From: Candidatus Bathyarchaeota archaeon
Lineage (GTDB): Archaea > Thermoproteota > Bathyarchaeia > Bathyarchaeales > Bathycorpusculaceae
Length of the DNA: 64,000 bases
Reading direction: 5' to 3'
NCBI GenBank assembly: GCA_963826715.1
Contig: CAWGYA010000006.1
Location: 96,001 to 160,000 of the forward strand
The translations under genes were made by a program, and so were the position numbers. The notes under the pieces were generated by a model. That model saw only the letters and a list, made by a program, of their open reading frames with translations, had not been told where the DNA came from and made no database searches. Positions 50,344 through 60,700 of the stretch are shown piece by piece. How positions within the stretch are numbered: position 1 is the stretch's first letter; each line of letters starts with the position of its first letter.

Positions 50344-51518
50344 TGAAAGTCTCTCCTGTAAATATGGACAGCTGCAGTTGCACCGGATCCGCCTATATTT
50401 TGTGTCAATCCAACTTGAGCGTCCCTAACTTGGCGCCTATCAGCTTGGTCAGTTAACTGCAAATACATTTCATATGCTTGGGCGGTGCCTGTTGCACCAA
50501 CAGGATGCCCTTTTGATTTTAAGCCACCACTGGTGTTAACGGGTATGCGCCCCCCAAGGCGCGTCTCGCCGCTTTCTATAAGTTTGCCGCCTTCACCGAC
50601 CTTGCAAAATCCAAGGTCCTCATAATGCATGATTTCAGCGAAGGTGAAGCAGTCATGGACTTCCGCCAAATCCACCTGATTACCTGTGACGTTTGCCATT
50701 TCATAAGCCATCTTAGCCGCTAGTTTGGTCGATTTTAGCGAGGTGAAGCTTTCACGTTCATAGAGTCCGATAGTGTCGCTAGCTTGCCCGCTTCCGATTA
50801 TGTGAACGGGTTGATCCGTGTATTTTTTGGCGAGCTCTGGCTTAGTTAATATGACGCAGCTAGCACCATCGGTTATGAGTGAGCAGTCGTATAGTTTTAG
50901 GGGCCACGCCACATAACGTGATGACATGACAGTTTCAAGGGGGATTTCTTTTTGCATATGCGCCTTAGGGTTGAGGCTACCATGGTAATGATTTTTAACG
51001 GCGACTTTGGCTATTTGCTGCTCAGTTGTGCCGTATTTGTGCATATGTGCCGTCGCCATTAGGGCAAATAATCCAGGGAATGTGATACCGTGCCACTGTT
51101 CAAAGGGGTAATCAGACGCCATAGATAGGTACTCGGTCACTTCGGCTGTGGTTCGATGAGTCATCTTCTCCACGCCACCTACAATAACCACATCGGCTAG
51201 CCCAGAGAGCACTGCGTATATCCCAGAGCGCAAAGCGACGCCTGAACTGCCGCATGCTGCTTCTGTTCGTGTGGCGGGTATCCCAGAAAGCCCTGCCCAA
51301 TCTGCCATTGTGCTACCTGTGTGACCTTGATGTTCATAGGCTTCGCCCATGTGCCCAACGAAAAGAGCTTTTATATCCTGTTTGGGGGCAAGCTTAGGGC
51401 AGCGAGTAAACGCTTCCGAAGCGGCCTGCGCAAAGAGTTCACGTGTAAGTAAACCTTCATGTTTACCGAATTTAGACATACCTGCGCTAATTATGCTGAC
51501 AAGTGGTTTCCCATTCAA
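50340..51518 (-). CDS. Thiolase (acetyl-CoA acetyltransferase, archaeal/SCP2 type)
   Basis: EAACGSS, GVEKM, EVHDCF, GGLKSKGHPVGATG; probable TTG start 51518. Confidence 0.95.
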   Translation of the reverse strand: MNGKPLVSIISAGMSKFGKHEGLLTRELFAQAASEAFTRCPKLAPKQDIKALFVGHMGEAYEHQGHTGSTMADWAGLSGIPATRTEAACGSSGVALRSGIYAVLSGLADVVIVGGVEKMTHRTTAEVTEYLSMASDYPFEQWHGITFPGLFALMATAHMHKYGTTEQQIAKVAVKNHYHGSLNPKAHMQKEIPLETVMSSRYVAWPLKLYDCSLITDGASCVILTKPELAKKYTDQPVHIIGSGQASDTIGLYERESFTSLKSTKLAAKMAYEMANVTGNQVDLAEVHDCFTFAEIMHYEDLGFCKVGEGGKLIESGETRLGGRIPVNTSGGLKSKGHPVGATGTAQAYEMYLQLTDQADRRQVRDAQVGLTQNIGGSGATAAVHIYRRDFQ

Positions 51519-51803
51519 CCCGCTGTACTCCTCTCTATTCCTATAAAGTGATAACGAGCACAAATAAAAACTATTACAACTGACCATATCTGATTTTCTA
51601 AATTATAGAAATCCTACATTTGCAACTTGAGCCTTTGTTTGGTCTAACATAAGGTTAAGGTAGTTCTGGGTAATACCTGATTACGTCGTGACAATATCAA
51701 TAAAGAAGAAAAACTACTGAGAGCACTTAGAATGAGCATTTTTTAGAAGGCAAAATACTATATGTAAGCCTTCTTTTGTTTGCGTTATGAAGGATGGATT
51801 TGA

Positions 51804-52418
51804 TTGTTAATTGAAACTTTTACAGTGGGCTTGTTATCAACCAATTGCTACGTTGCCAGTTGCAATTACACCAAAGAAGCCGTTATAATCGATCCAGGCT
51901 TAGATTATGAATCAGAAGCACAACAAATACTCGAGTATGTTGAGCATGCGAAACTCAAAATCAAATATATTATTAACACACATGGACATAATGACCATAT
52001 AAAAGGCGATGTAGTTTTTCAGAAAAAATTCTGCGTACCCATTTGTATACACAAACTCGATGCATACTTCCTTGAAACTTTGCCCAACTCAAACGCCCTT
52101 CCGCCTGTGATACTTGAGGAAGGTAATCTAATCGGGTTTGGCAACGAAAAACTAAAAGTTTTGCATACCCCAGGTCACACTCATGGATGTATTTGCCTTC
52201 AGACTGAGCGCCTTATATTCACTGGTGACACGCTGTTCGCAGGCAGTATCGGCAGAACAGATTTTCAAGAGGGTTCTATGACAGACATGAATTGTTCTCT
52301 GCAGCGGATAGAAAGATTACCGGATACGTTGCTAGTTTATCCTGGACACGGGGAAATGACGATGATTGGAGAAGAAAAAAGAGTGAACCCCTTCCTAAAC
52401 CATCAGTACCAGACCTAA
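51804..52418 (+). CDS. MBL-fold metallo-hydrolase (glyoxalase II-like)
   Basis: THGHNDH, TPGHT, GDTLF, PGHG. Confidence 0.92.
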   Translation: MLIETFTVGLLSTNCYVASCNYTKEAVIIDPGLDYESEAQQILEYVEHAKLKIKYIINTHGHNDHIKGDVVFQKKFCVPICIHKLDAYFLETLPNSNALPPVILEEGNLIGFGNEKLKVLHTPGHTHGCICLQTERLIFTGDTLFAGSIGRTDFQEGSMTDMNCSLQRIERLPDTLLVYPGHGEMTMIGEEKRVNPFLNHQYQT

Positions 52419-52428
52419 GTTTCAAGTT

Positions 52429-53428
52429 TTAGGCGGGCATGTTCTCTTTTAGTTCCCGTAGCGCCCTTAACCGCTTGATGAGGTTAGGGTGAGTTGAAAG
52501 AATTTCGCTGAACTTATCGAAAGATGTAGGCTCTTTAGCTAATGTTTCCCGCAAAAGAGCTTCTTTGGTAGTTGCATTGCTTGAGTGATGAAGTTCTGCA
52601 GAATCAACTGCAGCACGTTCGGGGTCAGAAATGAAAAGGGCTTTGAAGGCACTGTTGTTCTTTTTCTGCTGTTGCTGCTCGCGATTGGGTTTCATTATTC
52701 GTTTGCTTTCTTCCACAATAGTAACCAAACCAGTCGAAAGTTTCTCTGCCCCGTTCTCCACGATTGAAGCACTATGCCTGTCCGCGTAGTACTCTCGCAG
52801 ACGACTTAGATACAAAGTGAAAAGTGTGAGTATCCATGAAAACGCCATGAACGCTATTCCAAAAAGCGCGTTGTTGCCGCCGCCTTCACTTCGGCGTCCG
52901 CCGCTGAACATACCCTGAAGCAACATAACATATCCTATATAGTAGAATAACGCTGGAAGGAAAGAAACCACCATCATAACCTGGACGTCACGATGTTTTA
53001 AGTGCCCCAGTTCATGCCCGATTACAGCTTCAACTTCGCCATAATCAAGGTGATTTAGAAGTCCCTGTGTAACCGCTACTCGGCTTCCCGTTAGGGGAGA
53101 ACCATATGCGAAGGCGTTTGGTAATGGAATCTGAGCTAACATAAGTTTGGGTTTTGAGATTTGACTCTTTTTGCTTAAATCATCAACTATTTGGTGAAGC
53201 TTGGGGTTATCACTTTCCTTAAGTTCCTTGGCTTTGTATATTGCACCAACAAGATAGGGTGAGAGTAGCCATTGTACTAAGTTAAGTAACAAGAACGAGG
53301 CCGCCGATGGCATAGAGACTCAAACCGAAGCCCACCCAAGTCAATACAACAACAAAAATCAAGGTTGTTAAGCCGAAAATAGCTGCTAAAGTTGCAATCA
53401 TGGAAAAACGAAGTTTCCAAGCGTTCAT
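52429..53428 (-). CDS. htpX: Zinc metalloprotease HtpX with a frameshift near 53290
   Basis: PNAFAYG, HELGH, SRLREYYAD, STHP; N-terminus MNAWKLRFSMIATL.. lies in another frame. Confidence 0.85.
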
Positions 53429-53495
53429 GAAATTCACTCATCTCATCTTCTTGCACATGTTTATAACTTTTATGCGAAAACCAAAAAAAATATGC

Positions 53496-54278
53496 CTAAA
53501 ATTTACAAGCTGATGATATCATAAGGAGCCGTGTAGCGTCGGCACTATAGGGTTGCATCGCGTAACCACCGAAAACACTCTCAACCACAAACTCAGCTTT
53601 AATCAGCAACTTCTCAAGTTGTATCCGGTCATAAAGGCGGACTTGATGCTCAAAAGTTAAAATTCGCCCATCCTCCTTAGTATAAACCACCCATAAATCA
53701 CGAAGTAAACTACTGTCTCGGTGCAATGAACGTTTTTGCAATAGCAAAAAACTCGGGTAGCATCGCCACTTAAAAGCCCAAAAAAGCAGCCGAATACTGT
53801 GGAGCTTTAAGAGTAGAGGCAACCCCGCCAATTTAAGCCGCTTAGAAAATCTCCGATGCAGGTATCTTCTGGTCAGGTGTTCAAGATTGAAGACATCCAA
53901 AAAAAATCTTCCGCCGGAATGCATCACACGCCGAAGTTCCACGAGACTCTGTTGGTCCGCATCATGAGTGGGCAAATAACCAAAACTCGTATCCATACTT
54001 ATTGCTTTCTCAAATATCTCTGCTTTGAAGGGCAAAAACCTCATATCCCCCAAAACTACCGCAACGCCATGATTACGTTGCTTGGCAATTTTCAGTAACC
54101 GCCGGGAAACATCTATTCCAACCACCTCAAATCCTGCTTCTGAGAGAGGTATGGAGTGACGCCCTGTTCCACAGGCAACATCTAAAACAACGCCAACTCC
54201 AATGAGCTGCTTTTTTAGGAACTGTATTTGGTTACTAGTCTGATTTTTGTCGGCGATTTCCGCCCAGAACTGAGACAT
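53496..54278 (-). CDS. Class I SAM-dependent methyltransferase
   Basis: VLDVACGTGRH, GDMRFLP, SFGY. Confidence 0.9.
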   Translation of the reverse strand: MSQFWAEIADKNQTSNQIQFLKKQLIGVGVVLDVACGTGRHSIPLSEAGFEVVGIDVSRRLLKIAKQRNHGVAVVLGDMRFLPFKAEIFEKAISMDTSFGYLPTHDADQQSLVELRRVMHSGGRFFLDVFNLEHLTRRYLHRRFSKRLKLAGLPLLLKLHSIRLLFWAFKWRCYPSFLLLQKRSLHRDSSLLRDLWVVYTKEDGRILTFEHQVRLYDRIQLEKLLIKAEFVVESVFGGYAMQPYSADATRLLMISSACKF

Positions 54279-54402
54279 TTTATCAAAGATATTAATCGAC
54301 TAAATCTCCACCATATGAGGTTTAGGAGCCCTTTATCTAATTAATTATCCGCGCAATATCTTAAGAACCAACACATATACAATAAGTTATTGAGGAATTT
54401 GA

Positions 54403-54793
54403 TTGAATCCTGTGGGTTGGTGAACTTTGCACTTTGATTGGAGATTAAATGGAAATTACCATTGGATACAGATATACTTTAACTTTGACGGCACCTTCCG
54501 CCTATTTAGCTGGACCCAATGAAGGCTCATGGGTATTATCCGATGACATTATTATTTTGAGGTTTAAGCGTTCCTCCGGATCAGAAAACAACACTATCTA
54601 CTCGGGTGAAGCAACCAGAAACTTCATGTCAGGAGCCATGATGTCAACCAATGGAGAAAGAGGACACTGGTTTGCGATAAAGAAAAGCACCAAAGTTTAC
54701 GCTCTAAATGAGAAAACGACCCTCCCTTATCTGGTAGAAAAAGAGAGCAAACCAAAAATTGATGCGGCAGGCAACAAAATACCAATGCAATAA
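54403..54793 (+). pseudogene. Hypothetical protein with in-frame TGA (54421) and frameshift (~54497)
   Basis: MNPVGW*TLHFDWRLNGNYHWIQIYFNFDGTF / AYLAGPNEGSW..; GAGG RBS upstream. Confidence 0.5.
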
Positions 54794-54864
54794 AGGAAAA
54801 CAAAACTGGTTTCGAGCCGCTTAAATATGCAACAGTTCATTTTCTAAATATTGGAGATTCCTGC

Positions 54865-55554
54865 ATGACACAGAAACAGCGGTGGCAGCATCAATATATG
54901 CTCCTAAAACTCGCCGAGATGGGGACTTACAACCGAACCGCCAAAATTTCAACAGATTATTTAGCCAAGAAACTTGGCATTTCTCAGCAGACAGCTTCCA
55001 GATATCTTATTGAGCTAGAACATATAGATTGGATTAGCCGCAATGTTACTCCTGAGGGCAGCCTCATTGAAATCAAAGGGGAAGGTGTAGTTGAGCTTCA
55101 GAGAATCTATTCCAACCTAAAAGTTCTTATGGAGAAAACTTATCCGCCATCAGTTACTCTGGAAGGAACTGTCTTTACGGGACTGGGCGAAGGTGCATAT
55201 TATATCTCCAAGCCTGACTACAAAAAACAGATTATAGAAAAACTCGGCTTCGAACCTTTTCCAGGCACCCTAAACGTAAAGTTAACCTCGGACTATGATA
55301 TAAAAACCCGAATGGAGTTAGAGGCATACCCAGCGTTGGAGGTCATGGGCTTTCAGGGAAAAGACCGCAGTTTTGGATTGGTCAAGTGCTACCCTGCCAT
55401 CATCGGGGGCAAGGCCCAAGGTGCCTTGATAACAGCTCTTCGTAGTCATTACGACGCTTCAGTTCTTGAAATCATTGCGTCTGTCTGCTTGCGCAAACAG
55501 CTGGGACTTAAAGATGGGAACAAAGTTAAAGTCGAAATATATACATCTCTTTAA
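54865..55554 (+). CDS. ribK: CTP-dependent riboflavin kinase with N-terminal HTH (RbkR type)
   Basis: LGISQQTASRYL, GLGEGAYY, PFPGTLN, LEII..LR..LGLKDG. Confidence 0.93.
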   Translation: MTQKQRWQHQYMLLKLAEMGTYNRTAKISTDYLAKKLGISQQTASRYLIELEHIDWISRNVTPEGSLIEIKGEGVVELQRIYSNLKVLMEKTYPPSVTLEGTVFTGLGEGAYYISKPDYKKQIIEKLGFEPFPGTLNVKLTSDYDIKTRMELEAYPALEVMGFQGKDRSFGLVKCYPAIIGGKAQGALITALRSHYDASVLEIIASVCLRKQLGLKDGNKVKVEIYTSL

Positions 55555-55557
55555 CTC

Positions 55558-56163
55558 CTAAAATGGTGATGTTCGATACTTGAATTCAGCCGTGTATTGC
55601 TGGTGCGGTTTTCGTCGAGTAGCAATGATGTATCCGAGTACTAAACCGAAAACCAAGCCACCAAGATGCGCAAGTATGTTTACTCCTTCGCCTGTGTTAA
55701 TAAAGAAAAGGAAAAAAGCATACACTAATGCTCCCAGAATAGACTGCCTCACTGAACGACGATCGTATATTATGCATGCACCAAATAGGGAGAAGATGGC
55801 TCCTGAAGCTCCCACCGAGATGAAGTAGGGACCAAACACCAATGATAATAGGTTCCCAGCTAATCCTCCAAGCAAATATATTGCAATGAATTCGGGAAGC
55901 GAAAACATTTCTTCTCCGCGCAACCCGAAAATCAGCAGAAACAGCATGTTACCGACTAAGTGGAAGAGTGATGCATGAATAAACATAGACGTGATTAGCT
56001 GCCAGTAGGCGCCTTGAAAAACAAAGGCATTGACCTGCCCCCATACATAAACAACGTTATTACCCGTTGTTAAAGCGTTTCCGCCTACGATAGCACCTAC
56101 AATGTAGATAACCACGTTTAATATGATAAGTATGTAGGTAGGCTTGTATTTCTCGCTGTTCAT
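55558..56163 (-). CDS. Rhomboid intramembrane serine protease
   Basis: HLVGNM, GASGA, AHLGG. Confidence 0.93.
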   Translation of the reverse strand: MNSEKYKPTYILIILNVVIYIVGAIVGGNALTTGNNVVYVWGQVNAFVFQGAYWQLITSMFIHASLFHLVGNMLFLLIFGLRGEEMFSLPEFIAIYLLGGLAGNLLSLVFGPYFISVGASGAIFSLFGACIIYDRRSVRQSILGALVYAFFLFFINTGEGVNILAHLGGLVFGLVLGYIIATRRKPHQQYTAEFKYRTSPF

Positions 56164-56174
56164 GGCGACATCAA

Positions 56175-56639
56175 TTACTTTGAGAGCTTATCAATTATTT
56201 TCTGTTTAATCTTTGAGGAACTAACTAAAGAATTCTCCTCAAACTTTCCCAACCTAATGACAGAAATATCTAGTTTATGTGCCGCCAAATAAGCCTTAAC
56301 TTCATTTTCCATATCTGTTTGGTCATAGCCCAAAGCAATAACATCTGGCTTGATTTTCTCGATGACCTCTCCAATTTCTAAGCCCTCATAACCCAAAATT
56401 GCCTTGTCAACTACACGCAGTGACTCAACAACTGCACGGCGCTCATCCTCATTCATGATTGGCTTTCTACCCTTGGTTTTCTGTGCAGTACTATCTTTGG
56501 CGATAATCACGATTAATTTTGACTTGGTACCGCCCGTTTTTTTGGCGGCCTCAAGAAACCTCACATGCCCTAGATGCAACAGATCAAAGACACCAGAAGC
56601 TAAAACTAACTTTCGTTTTGTACTTGCTTTGTCGGCCAT
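56175..56639 (-). CDS. ribL: FAD synthetase (cytidyltransferase family)
   Basis: GVFDLLHLGH, PDVIALGYDQ, SSSKI; near ribK. Confidence 0.85.
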   Translation of the reverse strand: MADKASTKRKLVLASGVFDLLHLGHVRFLEAAKKTGGTKSKLIVIIAKDSTAQKTKGRKPIMNEDERRAVVESLRVVDKAILGYEGLEIGEVIEKIKPDVIALGYDQTDMENEVKAYLAAHKLDISVIRLGKFEENSLVSSSKIKQKIIDKLSK

Positions 56640-56890
56640 ACAAACTTCACTGCACCAATTAATCGTAGCGCGTCAAGTAGCCCTTCACAATAAGCTACCG
56701 ACGTTAAACTGGTTTCAAGCTTGCCCTGCGCCTTATAATACTTTGCATCATTAAGGTAATCTCTGGCCCAAGCCAAAACCTCAGTCACATTAGTCCCCCC
56801 CACATCAATAGGAAGCTGCATCAGTTCAAGTTCTGAAAAAACCTTTTCGGCTGAAAAAATGTATTTAGCCGCAAGTGCTTCAAGACTCAT
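56606..56890 (-). CDS. DUF357 protein
   Basis: YLNDAKYY..SVAYCEGLLDALR; follows dph5. Confidence 0.85.
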   Translation of the reverse strand: MSLEALAAKYIFSAEKVFSELELMQLPIDVGGTNVTEVLAWARDYLNDAKYYKAQGKLETSLTSVAYCEGLLDALRLIGAVKFVWPTKQVQNES

Positions 56891-57684
56891 TCAGATAACC
56901 TCTTAAATTCTGACGGGGCAGCTGCAAATGTAATTAACGCGTCGATTTCCATAAAGTGCAAACTACCAGGAACGATTAAACTGAAGGGCGGATCGCCAAA
57001 ATCGAATCCCACCAAGTTGCCAATAAAATCAGCCTTCAAGCATGGATTGGCGCTACCTGCGCGAGCTATTCCTAAAGCGGGCGTATTGGGTTTTATTACC
57101 CCAAGTTGCTTTTTTGCTTCAACCTCTAAAAGTTCCCTAATACTTTCGTTGATTGTTAGGTACCTGTTTTCCGTTACCCTCAAGTCTAAAAGGCAAAGCG
57201 TATGCAACCCCAGGTTTTTGTTTTGCCTTATCACGTTATATGGTGTTTCTGAGAAGTTATCAGAGAAAGGCACTGTTACCGTTTTCCCGAACTTGTAGTT
57301 ATGGAGTCCAGATAGGCTCACTATGGCAGATGTAATTGATATGCCATGAACCACGCGCGTTGGGATACCCATTTTTTGGGCGTCAATACGCAATGTAATG
57401 TGAGTTGTTGCAATAAAGGGATCACCGGGAACCAAAAAAACTGCCTTGCTAGCTTGTGCAACTTCAAGAATAATTTTGCCATTTTCTTCTTCAAGGTCCT
57501 GGCGGGTGATCAACTGGATTTTTTTACCGCACATAGCTTCAAAATTCGCCATAGAAAAGTCGGGCATGCGACTTGTGTATGTTTCCATAAACACCACATC
57601 GGCGCTCTTGGTTTCCTCTAAACCGTTCACTGTTATGCCATGCTCATCGTTTAAGCCCAAACCAACGAATACAAGTTCCTTCAA
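56887..57684 (-). CDS. dph5: Diphthine synthase
   Basis: VGLGL, ETYTS, PGDPFIATTH, YKFGKT, LHTLCLLD, LHFME. Confidence 0.95.
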   Translation of the reverse strand: MKELVFVGLGLNDEHGITVNGLEETKSADVVFMETYTSRMPDFSMANFEAMCGKKIQLITRQDLEEENGKIILEVAQASKAVFLVPGDPFIATTHITLRIDAQKMGIPTRVVHGISITSAIVSLSGLHNYKFGKTVTVPFSDNFSETPYNVIRQNKNLGLHTLCLLDLRVTENRYLTINESIRELLEVEAKKQLGVIKPNTPALGIARAGSANPCLKADFIGNLVGFDFGDPPFSLIVPGSLHFMEIDALITFAAAPSEFKRLSE

Positions 57685-57724
57685 GACTATCCATTACTCT
57701 TTTTGGGGGAGACCCTGATTTAAG

Positions 57725-57913
57725 TTATTTTTCTTTAATTTCGCCCTTCTTAATTAACTCATCATAGAGTGCACGGCAGGAATCTATGGAAAGGCTGTAG
57801 CGTTGACAAAATGTTGTGAGGATTTCCCCAACTGGCTCATCTGGTTTTCTTTCGTCAATCATATCTTTTAGCGCTTGAAGTGAATGTTCTTTGTCGACTA
57901 AATTTTTACTCAT
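57725..57913 (-). CDS. Small hypothetical protein
   Basis: 62-aa ORF upstream of dph5 on the same strand. Confidence 0.6.
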   Translation of the reverse strand: MSKNLVDKEHSLQALKDMIDERKPDEPVGEILTTFCQRYSLSIDSCRALYDELIKKGEIKEK

Positions 57914-58062
57914 AATCTCAGCCCGGAGTTATACAATACACATTGTTGTACCTGTGGAAAAGGGTTTTGCTAAAGATACACTTTGGATGGAACATCCAAC
58001 CAAACCTTTATATGATTACATGAAAAAGGAAGCATAGTTCAGCGGCGTGCAAAGGGAATAAA

Positions 58063-59196
58063 ATGAAGCCTATTGAGAATTTGGTTAGAGATAACGTTAA
58101 AAACTTAAAACCTTGCCCTCACGGCGCAGAAGTTTACGGCGCTGCCGAAGAAAGCGGGTTAAGCGCCTTTGACATTTTAGATTTCAGTTCCAGCGTGAAC
58201 CCTTTTGGTCCATCTAAAAGAGCCCTTGTTGCGGCCAAATCGGCATTTAGCGAAATCTCAGCTTATCCTGACTCGAACTCAAATGCGCTACGTCAAAACA
58301 TTTCAAGCCGCTATAAAGGTTTGAGCAAAGATAACATAATTGTTGGTAATGGCTCAACTGAGCTCATGTATCTCTTCGCTGAAGTCTTCCTCAAAAAAGG
58401 GGACAAAGCCTTGATGGCGGCACCAACATTTGGAGAATACGAGGCGGCAGTGCGCAAAACAGGTGAACAAGTAAAATTCGTTAAACTTGATAAGACCTTT
58501 CAAATTGATGCCGAAACTTTCAAGAGGGAAATGGCAGGGGTCAAAATGGCATTCTTGTGCAACCCCAACAACCCCACCAGCAAACTAATCCCCCAAAACA
58601 CTCTCACTGACATCTTGGAAACCGCGCTATCACAGGATATTCTAATATTTCTTGACGAGGACTTCCTTGAATTTATTGATGATGAAAAAGAACGATCCTT
58701 AATTAGCAAAATCATCAGGTTTCCCAATCTATTTGTGTTGCGTTCATTCACCAAAATCTTCGGCTTAACTGGGCTTCGGGTGGGCTACGGCATAACCAGT
58801 AGAGAAATTGCCGATATGCTACTCTGCGCAAAGATTCCGTGGAATGTGAATTGTTTAGCACAAGCAGCTGCCAATGCTGCACTTGAGGATGAAGAGCATT
58901 TGTCAGTAACTCGGGAGCTTATTAAAAAAGAAAAAGTGTGGCTTGGACACGAACTAAGCAAATTTAACGGCTTTAGCTTTGAAATGCCAGACGCGAACTT
59001 TTTCTTCATAGACATCCGCAACGCTGCTTTAACGGCAAATGCGTTAAAACATAGAATGCTAAAAAAGGGTATTCTAATCCGGGACTGCAGCTCCTTTAAT
59101 GGATTAAATGAATTCTATATCCGAGTAGGTGTTAAAACCCATGAAGAGAACGTGCGGCTAATTGAGGCGTTTGAGAAGGCGTTAAAGTCGGTTTGA
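58063..59196 (+). CDS. cobD: Threonine-phosphate decarboxylase (HisC-like PLP enzyme)
   Basis: DFSSSVNP, GNGSTE, CNPNNPT, RSFTKIFGLTGLRVGY, IRDC; adjacent to cbiB. Confidence 0.8.
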   Translation: MKPIENLVRDNVKNLKPCPHGAEVYGAAEESGLSAFDILDFSSSVNPFGPSKRALVAAKSAFSEISAYPDSNSNALRQNISSRYKGLSKDNIIVGNGSTELMYLFAEVFLKKGDKALMAAPTFGEYEAAVRKTGEQVKFVKLDKTFQIDAETFKREMAGVKMAFLCNPNNPTSKLIPQNTLTDILETALSQDILIFLDEDFLEFIDDEKERSLISKIIRFPNLFVLRSFTKIFGLTGLRVGYGITSREIADMLLCAKIPWNVNCLAQAAANAALEDEEHLSVTRELIKKEKVWLGHELSKFNGFSFEMPDANFFFIDIRNAALTANALKHRMLKKGILIRDCSSFNGLNEFYIRVGVKTHEENVRLIEAFEKALKSV

Positions 59197-59203
59197 TTGA
59201 ATT

Positions 59204-60184
59204 ATGTTGGCACTTAACGTCTCCTTGCTTTTGGATTCAGCTCTTATTTTTTTCTTAGCATTCATTATTGATTTAGTTTTAGGTGAGTATCCCGACCACA
59301 TCCACCCCACAATAGGCATTGGGAAACTGATTCTTTTCTTCAAAAAGAAAGTTAAACACCCAAATCCGAATATTGAGAAAATCAATGGATCCTTGATGGC
59401 TATAGCTATCATTCTGATTACAGCGTTACCAGTTTTTGTATTGCTCTATTGGATAAGAACCCTACCTCAACCATTAGGCGAAGTGCTCTACATAATAATC
59501 GGAGCAATACTATTCAAAGCCACATTCGCTATAAGCGGCATGGGACAGTATACCAAACCTATTGCAGCCGCATTAAAACACGAAGATTTGGATTGCGCCC
59601 GCAAATGGCTTCCTTACATCGTCCGCCGTGATCCTAAAACCTTAAACGAGCGCCAAATCATATCCGCTGCTGTTGAATCCATCGCTGAGAGCACCACAGA
59701 TGGCATTACCTCGCCTTTCTTCTTCTTCGCTCTCTTCGGGGTCCCAGGAGCGTTTGCTTACCGAGTGATTAACACACTGGATTCTATGGTAGGCTACCAG
59801 AATATTGAGTACCAAAACATCGGCTGGTTCAGTGCAAAACTCGACACAATCACTAATTACATTCCCGCTAGAATAACGGCATATTTGATGGTTATTTCCG
59901 CTTTTCTACTTCGTGAGGATTGGCGTGATTCATGGCGAGTTCTGCAACGCGACAAACACAAAACTTCAAGCCCGAACGCGGGATTCACAATTTCAGCAAT
60001 GGCTGGTGCATTAAACATTCAACTCGAGAAGAAGGGCTGCTATCGACTCGGTGATGACAAAGGCAAAATCTCTCATGAGAACATTGGTAAAGCACTAAAG
60101 ATGATGATTTTGACGGCGGCACTGTTTGGGTTGGTATTAGTTGTACCAGTTTTGGCGCTGCGTATTTATTTTTTCGGAGTATAA
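59204..60184 (+). CDS. cbiB: Adenosylcobinamide-phosphate synthase
   Basis: HPT, ESIAES, YRVINTLDSMVGY, SPNAG, AMAGAL. Confidence 0.93.
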   Translation: MLALNVSLLLDSALIFFLAFIIDLVLGEYPDHIHPTIGIGKLILFFKKKVKHPNPNIEKINGSLMAIAIILITALPVFVLLYWIRTLPQPLGEVLYIIIGAILFKATFAISGMGQYTKPIAAALKHEDLDCARKWLPYIVRRDPKTLNERQIISAAVESIAESTTDGITSPFFFFALFGVPGAFAYRVINTLDSMVGYQNIEYQNIGWFSAKLDTITNYIPARITAYLMVISAFLLREDWRDSWRVLQRDKHKTSSPNAGFTISAMAGALNIQLEKKGCYRLGDDKGKISHENIGKALKMMILTAALFGLVLVVPVLALRIYFFGV

Positions 60185-60329
60185 ACAGCTGGTTTTAAGC
60201 AAGTTTTAGAGTTGATTTTGGGTCCATATTTAGCTACCCCGCTTTTAGGGTTCTAAAGGTTCTAATTGGCTCCAAAGCTGATGAAAACAGGAACCATTAT
60301 AGCAAAACAAAAAAGTATTAATGAGAAGT

Positions 60330-60575
60330 TTAAGCATCAAAACTCTGCTGGAACCCAGTAAGTCTTATGTTGCATCCACATCTGCCGCAAGAGATTACCA
60401 ATGCGGCAAGTTCATCATTGACTACTTTGGTATCCAAGATTTGATAATTTTCTTCTGTTTCGTCATCAGGCGATATAGATATGCCGCATTTTGGACAGCT
60501 AAACGAGCCGTCGCCTTCGACACTGGCTAAGTTTATGGTCTGTTCACATTTCTTGTCCAGCTTTTTCATCATCAT
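60330..60575 (-). CDS. Small Zn-ribbon protein
   Basis: CPKC..CGRC. Confidence 0.7.
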   Translation of the reverse strand: MMMKKLDKKCEQTINLASVEGDGSFSCPKCGISISPDDETEENYQILDTKVVNDELAALVISCGRCGCNIRLTGFQQSFDA

Positions 60576-60700
60576 TCTTCTTCCTTCACTTCTATAATAT
60601 TTTGGTTAAATAACAATTATGAATCATTAGTCTGTAACCAAGCTCCATTTAAATTTTCACCCAAATTAAGAAAAAAGAAAAGGAGTTTTCTATCTTTTTC

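Noticed and set aside
54421-54423. In-frame TGA as selenocysteine or recoding
   Set aside because: Context suggests a TGG->TGA change, the gene also has a frameshift, and no SECIS was recognised
57948-57966. ORB-like TGGAAA..GGG sequence
   Set aside because: Single degenerate match with no cdc6/orc1 nearby
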